From contig CM000435.1 in NCBI GenBank assembly GCA_000165345.1, positions 160,001-224,000 of the forward strand: a stretch of 64,000 nucleotides of DNA. Direction: 5' to 3'. A model generated the notes under the pieces. That model was not told the origin of the DNA and did no database searches. It worked only from the letters and a program-made list of their open reading frames with translations. Position 1 is the stretch's first letter. Each line of letters begins with the position of its first letter. The translations under genes were made by a program, and so were the position numbers. This document shows positions 11,001 to 22,100 of this stretch, piece by piece.

Positions 11001-12224
11001 CAAATTCAGGGATTTGGAATCTACAAACTTTTCATTCTTGTTCCTTTCCATATTTATAATTGAACTTGATCGTTTACTCTTTGCTGAAACCTGATTTTGA
11101 ATTTGACTCTGTTGATTATCAAAAATCTTCAGTTCTTCTACTTCTTCCTCTATATCTTCTTCCTCCTCTTCCTTTTCTCCTTCCTCTTCCTTACTAAACT
11201 TGTATTCCTGGTAGAATTCCAGTTCCTCTAGTTCATCTAGCTCATCATCTGAATTACCCATAAATGATGCAAGTAAAGAGTTTCTATTTTTTCTAATATT
11301 TGTTGAATTTTGTTCTACAGAAATGATCTTTTTTGGTATAATAGAATTTTTAGATTCGGTACCTTTTGTAATATCATTATCAGTAAAATGGAAATTATCG
11401 TTTCCAAAAGCAATTTCAGCAATTTTGTTAGTTTCTCTAGAAATCTCAATTTCTCCCATATCTTCAGCTAATTGTGTTAACTCATTATTGAACAAACTTT
11501 CTTCATTTAGATACAAATTAGAAGCAAGATTCTTAAAAGTAACAATTCCTAGAGCAAAGTCTGAAATAAGATCCATCCAAAAGTCCATATTACTCTTATT
11601 AAAGGCGATACTTTTAAATATTAATGAAGAAAATGTTGAAAGATAAGTTTTGAGATCAAAGATTAATTCAATATTCTCTTTGGCATCTTTTGTTACAGAA
11701 TCACTCAAGTTTCTCTGCATTATAGAGTTCAATCTCCAAGTGAAATCAGAATGATAAACTTTGACTAAGCATTGATTCTTCCAAAAATCCAAATTATAAT
11801 AATCTAAAGATCCAATTAGAATAAACATCATATGTAAAATATAAGATCCAGAAGAACTTTGGTAATACTGTTTAATAATATTGTGAGATAAAATGAATAA
11901 TGGTAAAAAACAAAACATTTGAGTCTCTACAAGCTTAGATCTCTGATCAATAATCATATTCATATTATCCATAGATTCTGGTCGAATACGACTTTGCACT
12001 ACAATATTTGATAAAGTAGAATCTACAAAGTTAATGTAGTCAGAATCTTCCATTGACTTTTTTTTAGTTTTATTGTATAGAATTGTCGTCCATACTTTAT
12101 CTTCTATCCTCTTTATCAAATTTTCATGATTTTTTTCATTATTAATGTTTTGTAAATGATTCTTGACTTGGATTTTTACTAACTCATTCAACAGTTCTTT
12201 AATTGATTTCTCATTCAAAGACAT
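8067..12224 (-). CDS. Large hypothetical protein (1385 aa) with an acidic E/D-rich tract
   Basis: Single long ORF. Contains EEEGEKEEEEEDIEEEVEELK. No family confidently recognised. E2F site TTGGCGCCAA at 12530-12539, about 300 bp upstream of the start. Confidence 0.6.
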   Translation of the reverse strand: MSLNEKSIKELLNELVKIQVKNHLQNINNEKNHENLIKRIEDKVWTTILYNKTKKKSMEDSDYINFVDSTLSNIVVQSRIRPESMDNMNMIIDQRSKLVETQMFCFLPLFILSHNIIKQYYQSSSGSYILHMMFILIGSLDYYNLDFWKNQCLVKVYHSDFTWRLNSIMQRNLSDSVTKDAKENIELIFDLKTYLSTFSSLIFKSIAFNKSNMDFWMDLISDFALGIVTFKNLASNLYLNEESLFNNELTQLAEDMGEIEISRETNKIAEIAFGNDNFHFTDNDITKGTESKNSIIPKKIISVEQNSTNIRKNRNSLLASFMGNSDDELDELEELEFYQEYKFSKEEEGEKEEEEEDIEEEVEELKIFDNQQSQIQNQVSAKSKRSSSIINMERNKNEKFVDSKSLNLSSFNYFDGLSKSIKEKKDEAEDENYRICNLSKVKLPNLLRRVSGRRQIQYNNKYLGFSWDQQYLSLNKTNKIFNESILSVLTTERIKNCTIVSPNNEISSTDGYIWVKLDSLMKLFQGLDSEEFSLYPKYHRVREYKKTELLECYTIFIDEYNISLELVEEFGELSPWMNNYYQGDKFIYTRTGTNIKKNDILGPQSDFMNTKSCRDEQIFLSQDLVSMICLFGTKVHYLRSLAELLIMLGDMMNDQQKLESITKNEYLKCNQISIEESMVSIKILGKVIFELLHMYFGDIELCFSKFNYGNDHISNLSSTKTSSYLNLIALLDEFSPSFEILVSIFKLRSYSGREETRTWKIPHGYSLLSYIYTYLWQFQINPYYIISNNYFINIDGRKDINNRIDKGIYSSGHILSVIYKNLQRGIFKDKLDYITSNKESNNLELKLKANLSLNKSILRLVVPVLLRILMIKRISFNKTFQVTGRNHGNMALAKTIPLEKQDLSMFFSDINVFTQDFKFNNKIYIDLNSESELDVHDHDHDAELPRVPVPIKNFQETENIKKITQIAIMEYLKKNQLDFNKVYEIYFKSLDQAFENIIGLEFNINEYIDLAFEIGGLLADKSYQRNEYNIGISIQEEFESLKELIQDKVKKKKFILTSQCDLVSEERGIENLKLRENYHTAYTKQLNNYISVNGCLQYENLIKLVFGLDLDLSKYFKKQINISEVFSTFDIQKIGKEQGEEEFIKLFQIIVLLETISKRFINLKNFVGRIALYIWCRKYTTDYNLYIKFSQGYLYDSFSEELQKLIWDIERNISRVYSTIQVIQEYLVMLFRRFDLKTITKSKSYGSEVSYEDYNYDDKWIVVQKYYNGKLLNNLSLSEKGFIYFITCLVCQICLVLSDLLSKTDSFRDPPKRPSSFSPKISENQDQSDNQRNVILEFVNNWKSNCLEEKVSQYFTVYKSLKNYISGNKNIFSTENSHILYYINS

Positions 12225-12529
12225 CTCACTCTAATTATAAACTTACTTTGTGTGAGTGTGATGCAAAAGCTACTCAAATCTATTGGTTTGTAATATTATT
12301 TTTGTAATCTTTATTATATCCTCTGTTCTTGCAAACTCTTAAAATCACTCAAATTAACTTGCAAATAATAAAGTTATCTAAGATACTATTATTTTTAGTG
12401 AATTTCCATCTAATCCAGAAAAAGAAAAATGATTAATCTAACTACTCTCCGAACTCTATTATTTACATTTACACAATTTTTTTTTTTCCCTCTATCAAAA
12501 TTACACCCTACTTTACATGATCTCGGTAC

Positions 12530-12539
12530 TTGGCGCCAA
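12530..12539. promoter_or_regulatory. E2F-like site TTGGCGCCAA upstream of the 8067..12224 gene
   Basis: GC 10-mer in an AT-rich spacer, palindromic GGCGCC core. Confidence 0.45.
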
Positions 12540-13024
12540 TCACGCTTAAAGCTAAGTAGTTGGCGGGAAAATGGGCGAGTTTTAAACAAAATTGGAATTA
12601 AAGAAAAAATAAGTTTTAAAAGAATAAATGTGACAGATTTTGGAGGCTTATTAGACTCTTAATATCTCAGTACGAATTATATTGAAATAATACCTAACAA
12701 GTACTATGGATCTGTCTTGAATAATAGTTTTCTATTTAGTAGTAAAATATCTTCATAAGTGTAAGAAATGCAAATAAAACATTCACAATCTTACCAATAA
12801 TGTTGTCAATAGAGTCAATTATTACTCACTTTATCCACTTCTATTTTAGATAAAAGAAATAAAAATTGAAAACCACATTAATGAATTTTTTTCTATTTTA
12901 CTACAGAAATAATGTCATTTTGTTACCTCCATTAATATATTTACATTACCTATAAATTGGAAAAGGCGGGCGATTCTAATATATGTTTAATCTAAAGGGA
13001 AAAATTAGATTCATAAAGAAAAGC

Positions 13025-14167
13025 TTAAAAAAATAGTGAGCTTACCTTATTTCTGTCTTCAAATAAAATATATCCCTGCAACTTTTCAATGCTAGTTTTG
13101 AACTTTGAGCTAATAATAATGTGAATCGAAAAAAAAATTAATGGTGTGAATATTATAATCAGTAAAATTAAGGAAAATGTTTGAGTGGCATCCTCGGGAT
13201 TTAGTCGAAAATAGACATTCCCAAGAAGGTGACCAGAATTAGAGTTGTAGTGATGGTAGTAACAAAGATAATAGTGTGTAGTTGTTTGATGATTAACGGG
13301 AAATTTATAATCAAAATGACCATCTTTTAAATAACCATTTGATTTACTTGGACTCCATGAGTAAGTTTGTATGATATGACTTCCTTTGGGAGACAACTTT
13401 GTAGGCTGTAAAATCTTGAGAGACTCATCCTCCGGAAATCCCTGACATAGATAATCCTTCTTCAGAGAAACTATTGAAAATGCTGCTTTGCTTATTTGTA
13501 ATGAACTTGAAGAAAGCACAAACTCCAAGTTCCAACCAGGATTAACTAAAACTCTGACATCAACAATAAATCTATTGAAAGGATATATCTTTGGAATCTC
13601 CATATTATCTTTAAATATTTCAAATTTCCATCCACCAATATCATCTCCTGATACAGAAGGACTTAGAATTTTAAAATTCTCACTCTTTTTTTCTCCATTA
13701 CATAAACATGCTCTTGGAGAATTAAACAAATATTCTGATAATGTATTTCGAATTCCAGCAATGCTTCCTAGATTGAAAATCCTACAAATAGGCAAATCTT
13801 CATCAATAAATGATGGTATCCATTTATTTTCTGGCGTGAATTCCAAGTAGTCACAAACCTTTGCAACTCCTTGCTCGTCATTCATATACTTTTTGCAGTC
13901 GAAATCCCCACAGCTCACTCCCTTACCTATTATCAAACACTCTCCTCTTCTCTCTTCTTTACTCCTTTCCCACTCTAATCTCACATTCTCCTCCCATATA
14001 CGAACAATTAAATCCCCAGATCCATTTCCTACTGAAATGGGAATCACTCCAACTTTTGGATTCCTATATGGAAATAATACAGAACTTTCATCACCAGTTA
14101 TACCAAATACTCTCCCTACTAATAACGCAACATCTAACCAAATTACCCTTAAAACCCATAAATTCAT
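13025..14167 (-). CDS. Predicted type I membrane or secreted protein (N-terminal signal peptide, C-terminal TM helix), 380 aa, function unknown
   Basis: N-terminus MNLWVLRVIWLDVALLVGRVFG is signal-peptide-like. C-terminus LILLIIIFTPLIFFSIHIIISS is a hydrophobic helix followed by a short basic tail. E2F site TTGGCGCCAAA at 14205-14215 lies 40 bp upstream of the start. Confidence 0.5.
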   Translation of the reverse strand: MNLWVLRVIWLDVALLVGRVFGITGDESSVLFPYRNPKVGVIPISVGNGSGDLIVRIWEENVRLEWERSKEERRGECLIIGKGVSCGDFDCKKYMNDEQGVAKVCDYLEFTPENKWIPSFIDEDLPICRIFNLGSIAGIRNTLSEYLFNSPRACLCNGEKKSENFKILSPSVSGDDIGGWKFEIFKDNMEIPKIYPFNRFIVDVRVLVNPGWNLEFVLSSSSLQISKAAFSIVSLKKDYLCQGFPEDESLKILQPTKLSPKGSHIIQTYSWSPSKSNGYLKDGHFDYKFPVNHQTTTHYYLCYYHHYNSNSGHLLGNVYFRLNPEDATQTFSLILLIIIFTPLIFFSIHIIISSKFKTSIEKLQGYILFEDRNKVSSLFF

Positions 14168-14204
14168 CCAAACATGTAATTACTTATTATTAAGAAAATT
14201 CAAT

Positions 14205-14215
14205 TGGCGCCAAAT
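14205..14215. promoter_or_regulatory. E2F-like site TTGGCGCCAAA
   Basis: Immediately upstream of the minus-strand gene start at 14167. Confidence 0.45.
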
Positions 14216-14509
14216 CATGGCTATCCATTATTTTTTTTTCTGGAGCTAAAAATAAAGCGCATGTATTATAAATTATTGATCAGACTGAATTTAAAAGTAA
14301 ATAAAACTAGAGCCGACTTTTAACTAAAAATTAAATGATCTTCACTCTCAAATCATTTAAATTGCTCTGTTTCTAACATTTTATTAATAACCAATTTTCT
14401 CACTCAAATTGTCTACCCCTCTTTTATTTCAAACTAATCTATTTTTAACCTTTTCAATATTTATTCCGCATTTTTTGTCCCACCGGTACTAAAAAAAAAT
14501 TATACACTA

Positions 14510-14520
14510 TTGGCGCCAAA
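14510..14520. promoter_or_regulatory. E2F-like site TTGGCGCCAAA without a large adjacent ORF
   Basis: Lies 45 bp upstream of ATG 14565 of a small ORF that ends at a GTAAGT donor. Confidence 0.4.
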
Positions 14521-14564
14521 TTTTGTTTTTTAAAAAGTCAAAAAAAAAAGGAAAAAATTAAGAC

Positions 14565-14736
14565 TTGTATTTGGAATATATTGAGAAAAAACAACAAAAA
14601 TTGAATTTGTCAAAAGGTCTTTTCAAAAAGATAAGGTCTGGCTTATTAAATTTCTATATAATTATGGTTCTCTTTCGCGATTTTAGAGAATTTGAAACTG
14701 CTGGCTATTCTTTGTATTCTGAAAATCCAACTAAGG
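14565..14736 (+). CDS. Candidate first exon of a small spliced gene (57 codons, then a GTAAGT donor at 14737)
   Basis: ATG 14565 ... CCA ACT AAG | GTAAGTTTAAAG. Possible acceptors at 14760 (TTAG) and 14779 (ATAG). From the second acceptor a further 60 hydrophobic codons stay open (DTRNSELNFFGSNLILIFFNASNFRIIQLLFYPFVLLISAHFFIYLL...). Supported only by the preceding E2F site and the splice-site consensus. Confidence 0.2.
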
Positions 14737-15660
14737 TAAGTTTAAAGCATAAATTTGCTTAGATGATCTAAAATAAATAGGATACAAGGAATTCAGAACT
14801 AAATTTTTTTGGTTCTAACCTGATCTTGATCTTTTTCAATGCATCAAATTTCAGGATAATCCAACTATTATTTTATCCTTTTGTTTTGCTGATCTCAGCT
14901 CATTTCTTTATCTACTTATTGACTAATCCCATATTTTCTCAATTTCATATTCTAAATTAAAAAAAAATTAAACCATCCCAGACTAAACTCGTTATTAAGA
15001 TACAAAAATCAAAAGGTAATAGACTCAGTCTGAGAATAACTAATAACAAGCACTCTGTAAGCCACTATTATAAGACAACAAAAATCAACCAAGATATTGA
15101 AAGGCTTAAAGAACTATTCAGTTTATTTCTCAATTAATTGAAGAATGATCAAACTATATGTTAGATTCGACTCCAAATGAATCATAAATCACATAAAAGA
15201 GTAGTACTTTCGACTTCAACCAAGTACTTTCATAACTAACATATATCTTCTACAAATTAAAGTTTGTTTGTCGATATCCTAAAATATTTTTATTAAACTT
15301 GCTCGCCTTACACAGTATAAAGGAAGCAAATGTAGATTCTTTTCTATATTCATTCTTTTCTTGAAATTTTTTTTTTTTAAAAAAAAAGTATTTCACTCAA
15401 ATTGCACTAATCATTCCGCAAATAATATATGTTTTTGTCTTTATCAATATTCCCCTTTCAACTAATTAAATACATTGCACTAAAAAAAAAGTCTCACAAA
15501 ATATAATAAAACACCTTCATGTTAATTCCTTTTCTGATTACCACTTCCTTATATACTGCCTCATAGGTAACATAAAGGCCAAAAGTGCAAAATATCAACA
15601 ATCGAATTAATTATTTAAATGAAAACCACTTCGAATTATTTACCCTGTTAATCTGCATGT

Positions 15661-15673
15661 TTTGGCGCCAAAA
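15661..15673. promoter_or_regulatory. Orphan E2F-like site TTTGGCGCCAAAA
   Basis: Lies in the ORF-poor stretch between 14168 and 16212, with no adjacent long ORF on either strand. Confidence 0.4.
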
Positions 15674-16212
15674 CATTCTAAAAAAAGAGTCATATTCTAC
15701 ATTATAACCATTTTCTTCTTTTTTTTCTTCTCATTATCCTTTCACTTTTATTATAGTCTTAATGAGGTTTAATTACAGTTATGATAAAGAAACAATAGTA
15801 CAAAAGTTAATAGTTATGTAAGGTGGTATATTATTTTTAAAAAACAAGAGTTTGTTGAATATTAAAAGGCGGCACTGGTCTCCTTTTTTTTTAAAAAAAT
15901 AACAAAGGATTATTTTAAAGCTTGAAAAAAAAATGTTTAATGGGTTATAGTAGATGCCATCCATATAATAAAAACCTCTCTTGAATGAGATCTAGTTGAT
16001 GGAAAAAAGGTATGGAAGAATCCTAGAAATTAAAGGTATGGAATGTCAATTCTTCCGTTAAAATGCCATGAGTTGTGTACAATCAACTCTCTAAACTCGC
16101 TTTATTTCTATTCAATAATTACCATTTAAGCTGGAAGTTTTAAATTTTAAAGCTCAAAATTGACTTACTAAGCTCATTTTATGAATGAAAAAAAAAAAAG
16201 TAAATTCAGTAA

Positions 16213-18285
16213 CTAAATATTGAGAATTGGTTTCGTCCAGAAATCCAATAATGTTGGAGGAGTAAACTTAATCTGATCTTCATTGTTTGGGCCTCCTTTA
16301 TAACAAGAATCACTAATTAATGAGGAATGACTAGTTCCCATATGTATTCCTCGTTTGTGTCCATTGATATGTTCTTGATTCATTTGATGATCTAAATTTC
16401 TTGTATTATGAATTACATTGGGAGTTGAATCAATTCTGTTGCTCATGCTGGAATTCATCCCCATCAATATTGAAAAATTGGTATTAGGCTTTGACTTAGT
16501 ACTGCTACTCGTAGAAGAAGCAGTATTTGTAATATTAATAGCAGTATTAGTATTAGATGTGCCGTTTGAAGTAACTTTAGGTTGGTTTCCATGTCTATGA
16601 GAACTATGCTGATGTTGATGGCTAAGATAGTGTCCATGATTAAGATTATGTCCAATTACAAAGTTCTGAATAGCAACATCTGCATTATGATGAGAATTCG
16701 GAATGTTCGAAAACTGCATTTGTTGTGATGTAGTCTCCGGAATAGAGTCAAATAAGTCGACTCCTCCTCTCAATGACATAGCCTGTACTCCAGAAGAGCT
16801 TCCTCCGCATGATTTTTTATTATATGACATTCCAAATCCCATATTACCTGTGGCAAAATCTGAGTGGTTTGGACTTAAACTACCACTTTGTCCATTGTTA
16901 CCATTTTGGGATTGTTGCTGCTGTTGTTGTTGCTGTTTCTGTTTAGCCCTACTTTTAGCGAGTCTAACTTCAATAGGTCTCTTAGAGTTATCAAATATAT
17001 ATTTCTTGTCAAGAAACATGATCGCGTTTTCTGCCATAAACTTTCTTGGAAAAGTAACAAAAGCAGAACATTTGCTTTGCTTGTTGTTGTCTCTTATAAT
17101 ATGAACTTCATCAACATGGCCAAATTGTTTAAATAGTAAGAGTAATTGGTCTTCAGTGCAATTTTTTGGAAGACTACCAACAAACACCTTAACAGATTCG
17201 CCACATGGCTGAACATCAGGAGAAAGCCCTAACCTCTCAATCTCTCCATCAGCATATTTAACTTGAATCGGTCCAACCTCCTTATCTAAAACAGTTTTAC
17301 CATGGATACAAAGTATCGCATTTTGTGCCTCATAAATGTTAGAAAATCGGACAAAAGCACATCCTTTTGGTCCATTAGAGTCACGAATAATGTTACATTC
17401 AACAACTAGCCCGTATTTATTGAAAATTTTGAGCAACTCTTCATTAGTCATATGTTTTGGAACTCTATTAACAAAAAGTTTAACAGGAGCATAACCTCGT
17501 TTAGATCTTCTCTTGTTATTTTGCTTATTAATGAAACCAATATCCTTGAGCTGATCGCTTGTTAAAGAACTTAAAGAATCACTCTGTCGAATAAATCTTT
17601 CTCTCTTAGGAGAAGACATTCCTCTAACCATATTAACTCCGCAATAATGCGGATGCTTAGAATCGACAATACCTTCAATATTTCCATACTCAATGCAACC
17701 ATTAGATGAACCATATATAAAGCGGCCAGTACTCTCAGTACTTGATCCAGATGAATCACGAGTCAATGAATTGTCTGTATTATAAGTTTCCAATTCATCC
17801 TTATTCTCCAAAAATCTTGCTAAATCACTATTAGATCTAGAGTAGTTAACAGAATTAATACTTCTAGGATAATATGAACATATACCAGGATATTTTGAAT
17901 TATTTGAAAAGTCCATTGTTACTGATCTTTGATATTTAGAAGTATTATCGAAATAACTATCAGTTTCCTTTGAACCAATAAAACTGATATTATCATCTAA
18001 AAAGAGAGTATTTGCATCACGAATACTTTCAACAAATGGATTAAGCTGATCTTCACCCATTGCAGTAATCTGGTCAAAATTCACGAAATAACTCTCTTCA
18101 TTGTTACTGCAAAAAGAAGCTGGAAAACTATTACTCCTGTTAAATAAAGCCTGAGATACACAATTCAAATCTGAAACCATGTGCCTACCTCCTCCAATAT
18201 CTCCTTTTGAAAATCCCTGGCATTTCTTATCACTTATCCAAAATGCTCTACTATCTGTTACATCTCTGTAACTTTGATTGTCCAT
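16213..18285 (-). CDS. CELF/Bruno-like RNA-binding protein with two RRMs, a poly-Q tract and an S/T/N-rich low-complexity tail, 690 aa
   Basis: KLFVNRVPKHMTNEELLKIFNKYGLVVECNIIRDSNGPKGCAFVRFS...PIQVKYADGE parallels CELF RRM1 (KMFVGQVP...SKGCCFVTF...PIQMKPADSEK). The second RRM is VKVFVGSLPKNCTEDQLLLLFKQFGHVDEVHIIRDNNKQSKCSAFVTF. KQKQQQQQQQQSQ is encoded by a CAG/CAA run at about 16900-16940. Confidence 0.7.
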   Translation of the reverse strand: MDNQSYRDVTDSRAFWISDKKCQGFSKGDIGGGRHMVSDLNCVSQALFNRSNSFPASFCSNNEESYFVNFDQITAMGEDQLNPFVESIRDANTLFLDDNISFIGSKETDSYFDNTSKYQRSVTMDFSNNSKYPGICSYYPRSINSVNYSRSNSDLARFLENKDELETYNTDNSLTRDSSGSSTESTGRFIYGSSNGCIEYGNIEGIVDSKHPHYCGVNMVRGMSSPKRERFIRQSDSLSSLTSDQLKDIGFINKQNNKRRSKRGYAPVKLFVNRVPKHMTNEELLKIFNKYGLVVECNIIRDSNGPKGCAFVRFSNIYEAQNAILCIHGKTVLDKEVGPIQVKYADGEIERLGLSPDVQPCGESVKVFVGSLPKNCTEDQLLLLFKQFGHVDEVHIIRDNNKQSKCSAFVTFPRKFMAENAIMFLDKKYIFDNSKRPIEVRLAKSRAKQKQQQQQQQQSQNGNNGQSGSLSPNHSDFATGNMGFGMSYNKKSCGGSSSGVQAMSLRGGVDLFDSIPETTSQQMQFSNIPNSHHNADVAIQNFVIGHNLNHGHYLSHQHQHSSHRHGNQPKVTSNGTSNTNTAINITNTASSTSSSTKSKPNTNFSILMGMNSSMSNRIDSTPNVIHNTRNLDHQMNQEHINGHKRGIHMGTSHSSLISDSCYKGGPNNEDQIKFTPPTLLDFWTKPILNI

Positions 18286-18767
18286 TTTAAATATTCAACA
18301 TCACCAATCCTCTAGCTTTTTTCTTTCGATTCCAGAGCTTTATTGATGTTTCTTTCAACACCTCTCCCAATTAACTAAATCTAAGAGACCAAAAAAAACA
18401 GTTTTCAGCAAGAACTCCCTACTTTATTCCCAATATAAATTAATTTTTTAAATATATTTTTGTTTTTATATTATCGATAAACCGGTAGACGTCTTTAAAT
18501 TAATCCAACTCCTTTGTGCGCCAGAAAACTTTTAAATTAATTTTTTTCCCCATTACATTTTATTAAATATATTATTTTGCCTCTTTAAATAGTCCATTTT
18601 ATTATTTATTAGCGGATTTGTGCATCACTGGCTAACAATCAATTATTGACAATTTTTATTACAAATTTCTATTTCTTGCAAGGCGGGTCCACCCAACAGT
18701 ACCTTATTTACGTTATAACTTTTTCATATACTTTCTCGTAAATTAGTCAAAGGCGCTCGTTCGGATG

Positions 18768-18781
18768 TGGCGCGAGCGGGC
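18768..18781. promoter_or_regulatory. GC-rich E2F-like element TGGCGCGAGCGGGC upstream of the CELF-like gene
   Basis: Isolated GC block in an AT-rich spacer. TATACCGGTA at 18823-18832 and GTGCATGCAC at 18837-18846 sit nearby. Confidence 0.3.
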
Positions 18782-19180
18782 AATCAGGCATAACCTTTTA
18801 ATAAAAGAAATATATAATATTGTATACCGGTATTAGTGCATGCACTTAATGGAGTTATTTGCCAATTTTTTTTTTTTTTTGTTCTTTTCTATGAAAAAAA
18901 ATTCTGTATGTGCAATTTGAAGAAAAACGGGGAAATACAAAAATTATGCAGAGTAATAAATTAAAATGTATCTATAAAACTACTATATTACTAATTATAA
19001 TAAAACCCTGAAGTTATTAATACGAAATTAAATTTTGAATTTGAATTCCTGCAATAAGCCTCCATATATTGTAAGCTACCAAGTACTATTTCTATAAATT
19101 GTTGTAAATACGCGCATCAATATATAGAAAATAGTACAATAAACTTGTCTTAGCCTTAATTTGTTGGTTTAGCAATGCTA

Positions 19181-22100
19181 CTAGTTTTGTTTCTCTGTGT
19201 TAATTGCTTCAAGCATAAACTTGGAGCATCTTGGCTGATACTTTTTAATATTCTTATATTTATAATCCAAGATACCAATGTCACTTTGCAGTATACGTGG
19301 ATAGGAAAGCATACTTATGTTCCAGTCTGCATCTTTAGTTGTATTGGTCTGTCTATAGTAATCAGCTTTGTCACATTTTCCAAGTAAAGAGACAATATAA
19401 TTCTGGAAAACTGTGGATACAGGGTCAATTGATGTACCTTTTTGTTTAGAATAGGATATTAATCTGTTGAAAGGTGGTGCTTGGAGTAATAGAATGTATG
19501 ACCTTCTATAGGGGGAATCCATTAAGAAATAATCATAATAGAATTGAACAATATGTTTCTTCTTTAAAGTTCGAATCAAATTACATGATTCATGCTTCCA
19601 ATTATAGTTATATCTCCACTTTGACATTTCCAAGAGAGAAGCTCTGAGATTTCTAATTTGAATCTTCTCTTTTATACAATAATATCTAATAAAATAACTT
19701 TTAACTGAGCTGAATTCTTCCTCAGAAAGCACTTCCTCGCTGTCAATTATATCAGTCTTGAACCTTTTAATGGATGAATTGAGTATTGACAAAAGTGTAA
19801 AGCTATCAAAATGAGATGATAAAATGTAAAGAGTAAATTGGGGAATACTATTCAGCCTGTAGAATGAAACCTCCACTTCTCCCCTTACAGCAAAATTCGA
19901 ATTCAAATTTGGAGGCAAATTTGTATTATTAGAGTGACTTTGGGACATCTCCAGCACCAGCTTTCTTACTATTGAAGAAAAGTACTTCCTGAGTATTCTC
20001 TCCAAAACTCTGGAAGCTACAGTATTGAAGATACACCTTGGCTGTAAACCATCATTTGTCTCCCATTTGTATTCTTTTTCATCTTTAAAGAAAATATCAT
20101 TATCTGAAAGGCTTGAATTAAATCCTGTAGAACTGTTCTTATTACATGGTAACTGGAACCTGATTGAAGCACTACTGGTTGTTAAAATCCCATCAGTAAA
20201 GGTCTGTCTAATTATAAGTGGCTCATCTCCGGCTGAAAATGCAAAATATGGCTCCTGAAGCATGCAAATCTCCTTGTAAGAATCTGGCTTTTCGAAATAT
20301 ATCCAATCCAAAATTGTCTCAGTATATCTTTTGTTGAATTCATCGCTTGTAATACCTAGAACTACTGTCTCCATAAATCCTTTTTGACGTGGCCTGTCAG
20401 AATCTTTATTAAATAAGGTATCGATAATATAGTTGTGAAATGATAAATAGTTGTCATAAGTGATTGAAATACCCGTAGTAATAAAAGATTCATCTTCAAA
20501 ATAGTCCTCATATTGTAATATCCCCTGGTAGTACCGAATAAAGTCCATTGGAGTCCTATTCTTCCTCCTTTTAATCTCATTCTTCATGAAATTACGTAAT
20601 ATCTGATAAAACTTCACAATCTTTAAAGGCTTGAATCTTGAATTCATTTCCTTGAATATTTTTCTCATATATTCAATTAAAGAGCAGCTAGGTCCAACAA
20701 AGTTCAACTCTATTTCATTGTTTCCAATCATTATAGATCCAAAATGAAACGGCTTTGTTAGCGAATCCGAGATTCTCCAATTACCGTACTTTGTACTGCT
20801 ATTATGGGAAAGCTTTTCAAGTATATTCATGTATCCTGGTATAGGCTCACTCTCCAAAAATTTCTCAATTGAAATATTGAAAATATCTGATAATATTTTA
20901 AGCATTATTAACCCTGTATGTCTCTTTGAAATACAATCCACTTCACAAAAACAGTCTTTAAATATTTTACATGGAGACAACTTTGTTCTGATAATGGATC
21001 TCACAAAAACTATTGGAGAATAAAACTTAAAATTCTCAAGCCTGGTAGTTAAGCTTAACTCGTTCTTATAGGAGATTCTTGGATAAGATAACTGCCTGTT
21101 TATAGCTGTAGAATTCTTATAGTATTCGTAGTCTGGAATCAGCATTGAAGTTTCAAAGTTAACTATTCTCTCAGGTAAAGTCCAATTTTCTGAATTGGTA
21201 AAATCTGTAAAATCTTCCTTTAATAGATTGTTTTTCTGGTAGTAGGAACTAAATTGTAAATTCACATATTCGTGATAATTATAAGCTCTAACCTTTAAAA
21301 CAAAATCTGTCCTATATCTGAAATAAGGATCAGTAAAAATTACATTGGCCTTTAACTCCACTATTTTCTTTATAATAAATTCCATTAGAACAAAAACTAT
21401 GCTTCCAGTATCTAATATAGAATTTGCTTTGCTAATCTTTCCTGAATGGTCTGTTCTATAACAATTACACTTTTTCCGTTTCATTATATCACATTCTTTT
21501 GGTAACCTTGTGAGAGATCTATGGATCGAACTTAGAATTAACTGAGGATAGTTCTTGAATAACAATGGATTGTAAATTCTTATTTCATTCTTTATCCAAT
21601 TAGATTCAAGGTTATTAGGCTGGGAAACTTGTATAGGGGTACCACAATTATTTATTGGAGTAGTTAACTGAGTTGGAAGATCTTCATACAAATATTGAAG
21701 ATGCCAATTAATCTCATTTAGTCTTTGTATCTCATCCACAATATCAAATAGTTCTTTGCTTACTTTAAACTCTGGATTGGATTTTTTCCTCCCATTGGTT
21801 CTCTCAAATTGCCTAAAAAGGAAAATACTGTAAGAATAAAAGTCCTCCATTACCTTCCTTGCATTCGAAACCTCCATACTTTTTAAAATAAACCTAAAAA
21901 TCAGCCTCAGCTTTAAAGAAGAGTAGTGTAGCCTCCATGTAAGCTTTAAATCACGTATTATTCCAAGTTCATCTCTTAATCTTTTTACCATTTTAGAATC
22001 CAAAAATAAAGTTGTCACCACATCCATTACTCTAGTCAACGAAATTGAAACTAATTGAGAAATGTTCTTTAACTTTATCTTATAATCAATATCAAGTACG

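Noticed and set aside
12429-12662. 77-aa plus-strand ORF
   Set aside because: It overlaps the E2F box and promoter region of the 8067..12224 gene, has a low-complexity hydrophobic N-terminus and no support. Treated as non-coding.
18740-18790. GC-rich patch (…GGCGCTCGTTCGGATGTGGCGCGAGCGGGCAATC…) considered as a possible tRNA or small RNA
   Set aside because: No cloverleaf could be built; there is no T-loop GTTCRANYC or acceptor-stem pairing. It fits better as an E2F-like GC promoter element upstream of the CELF-like gene.
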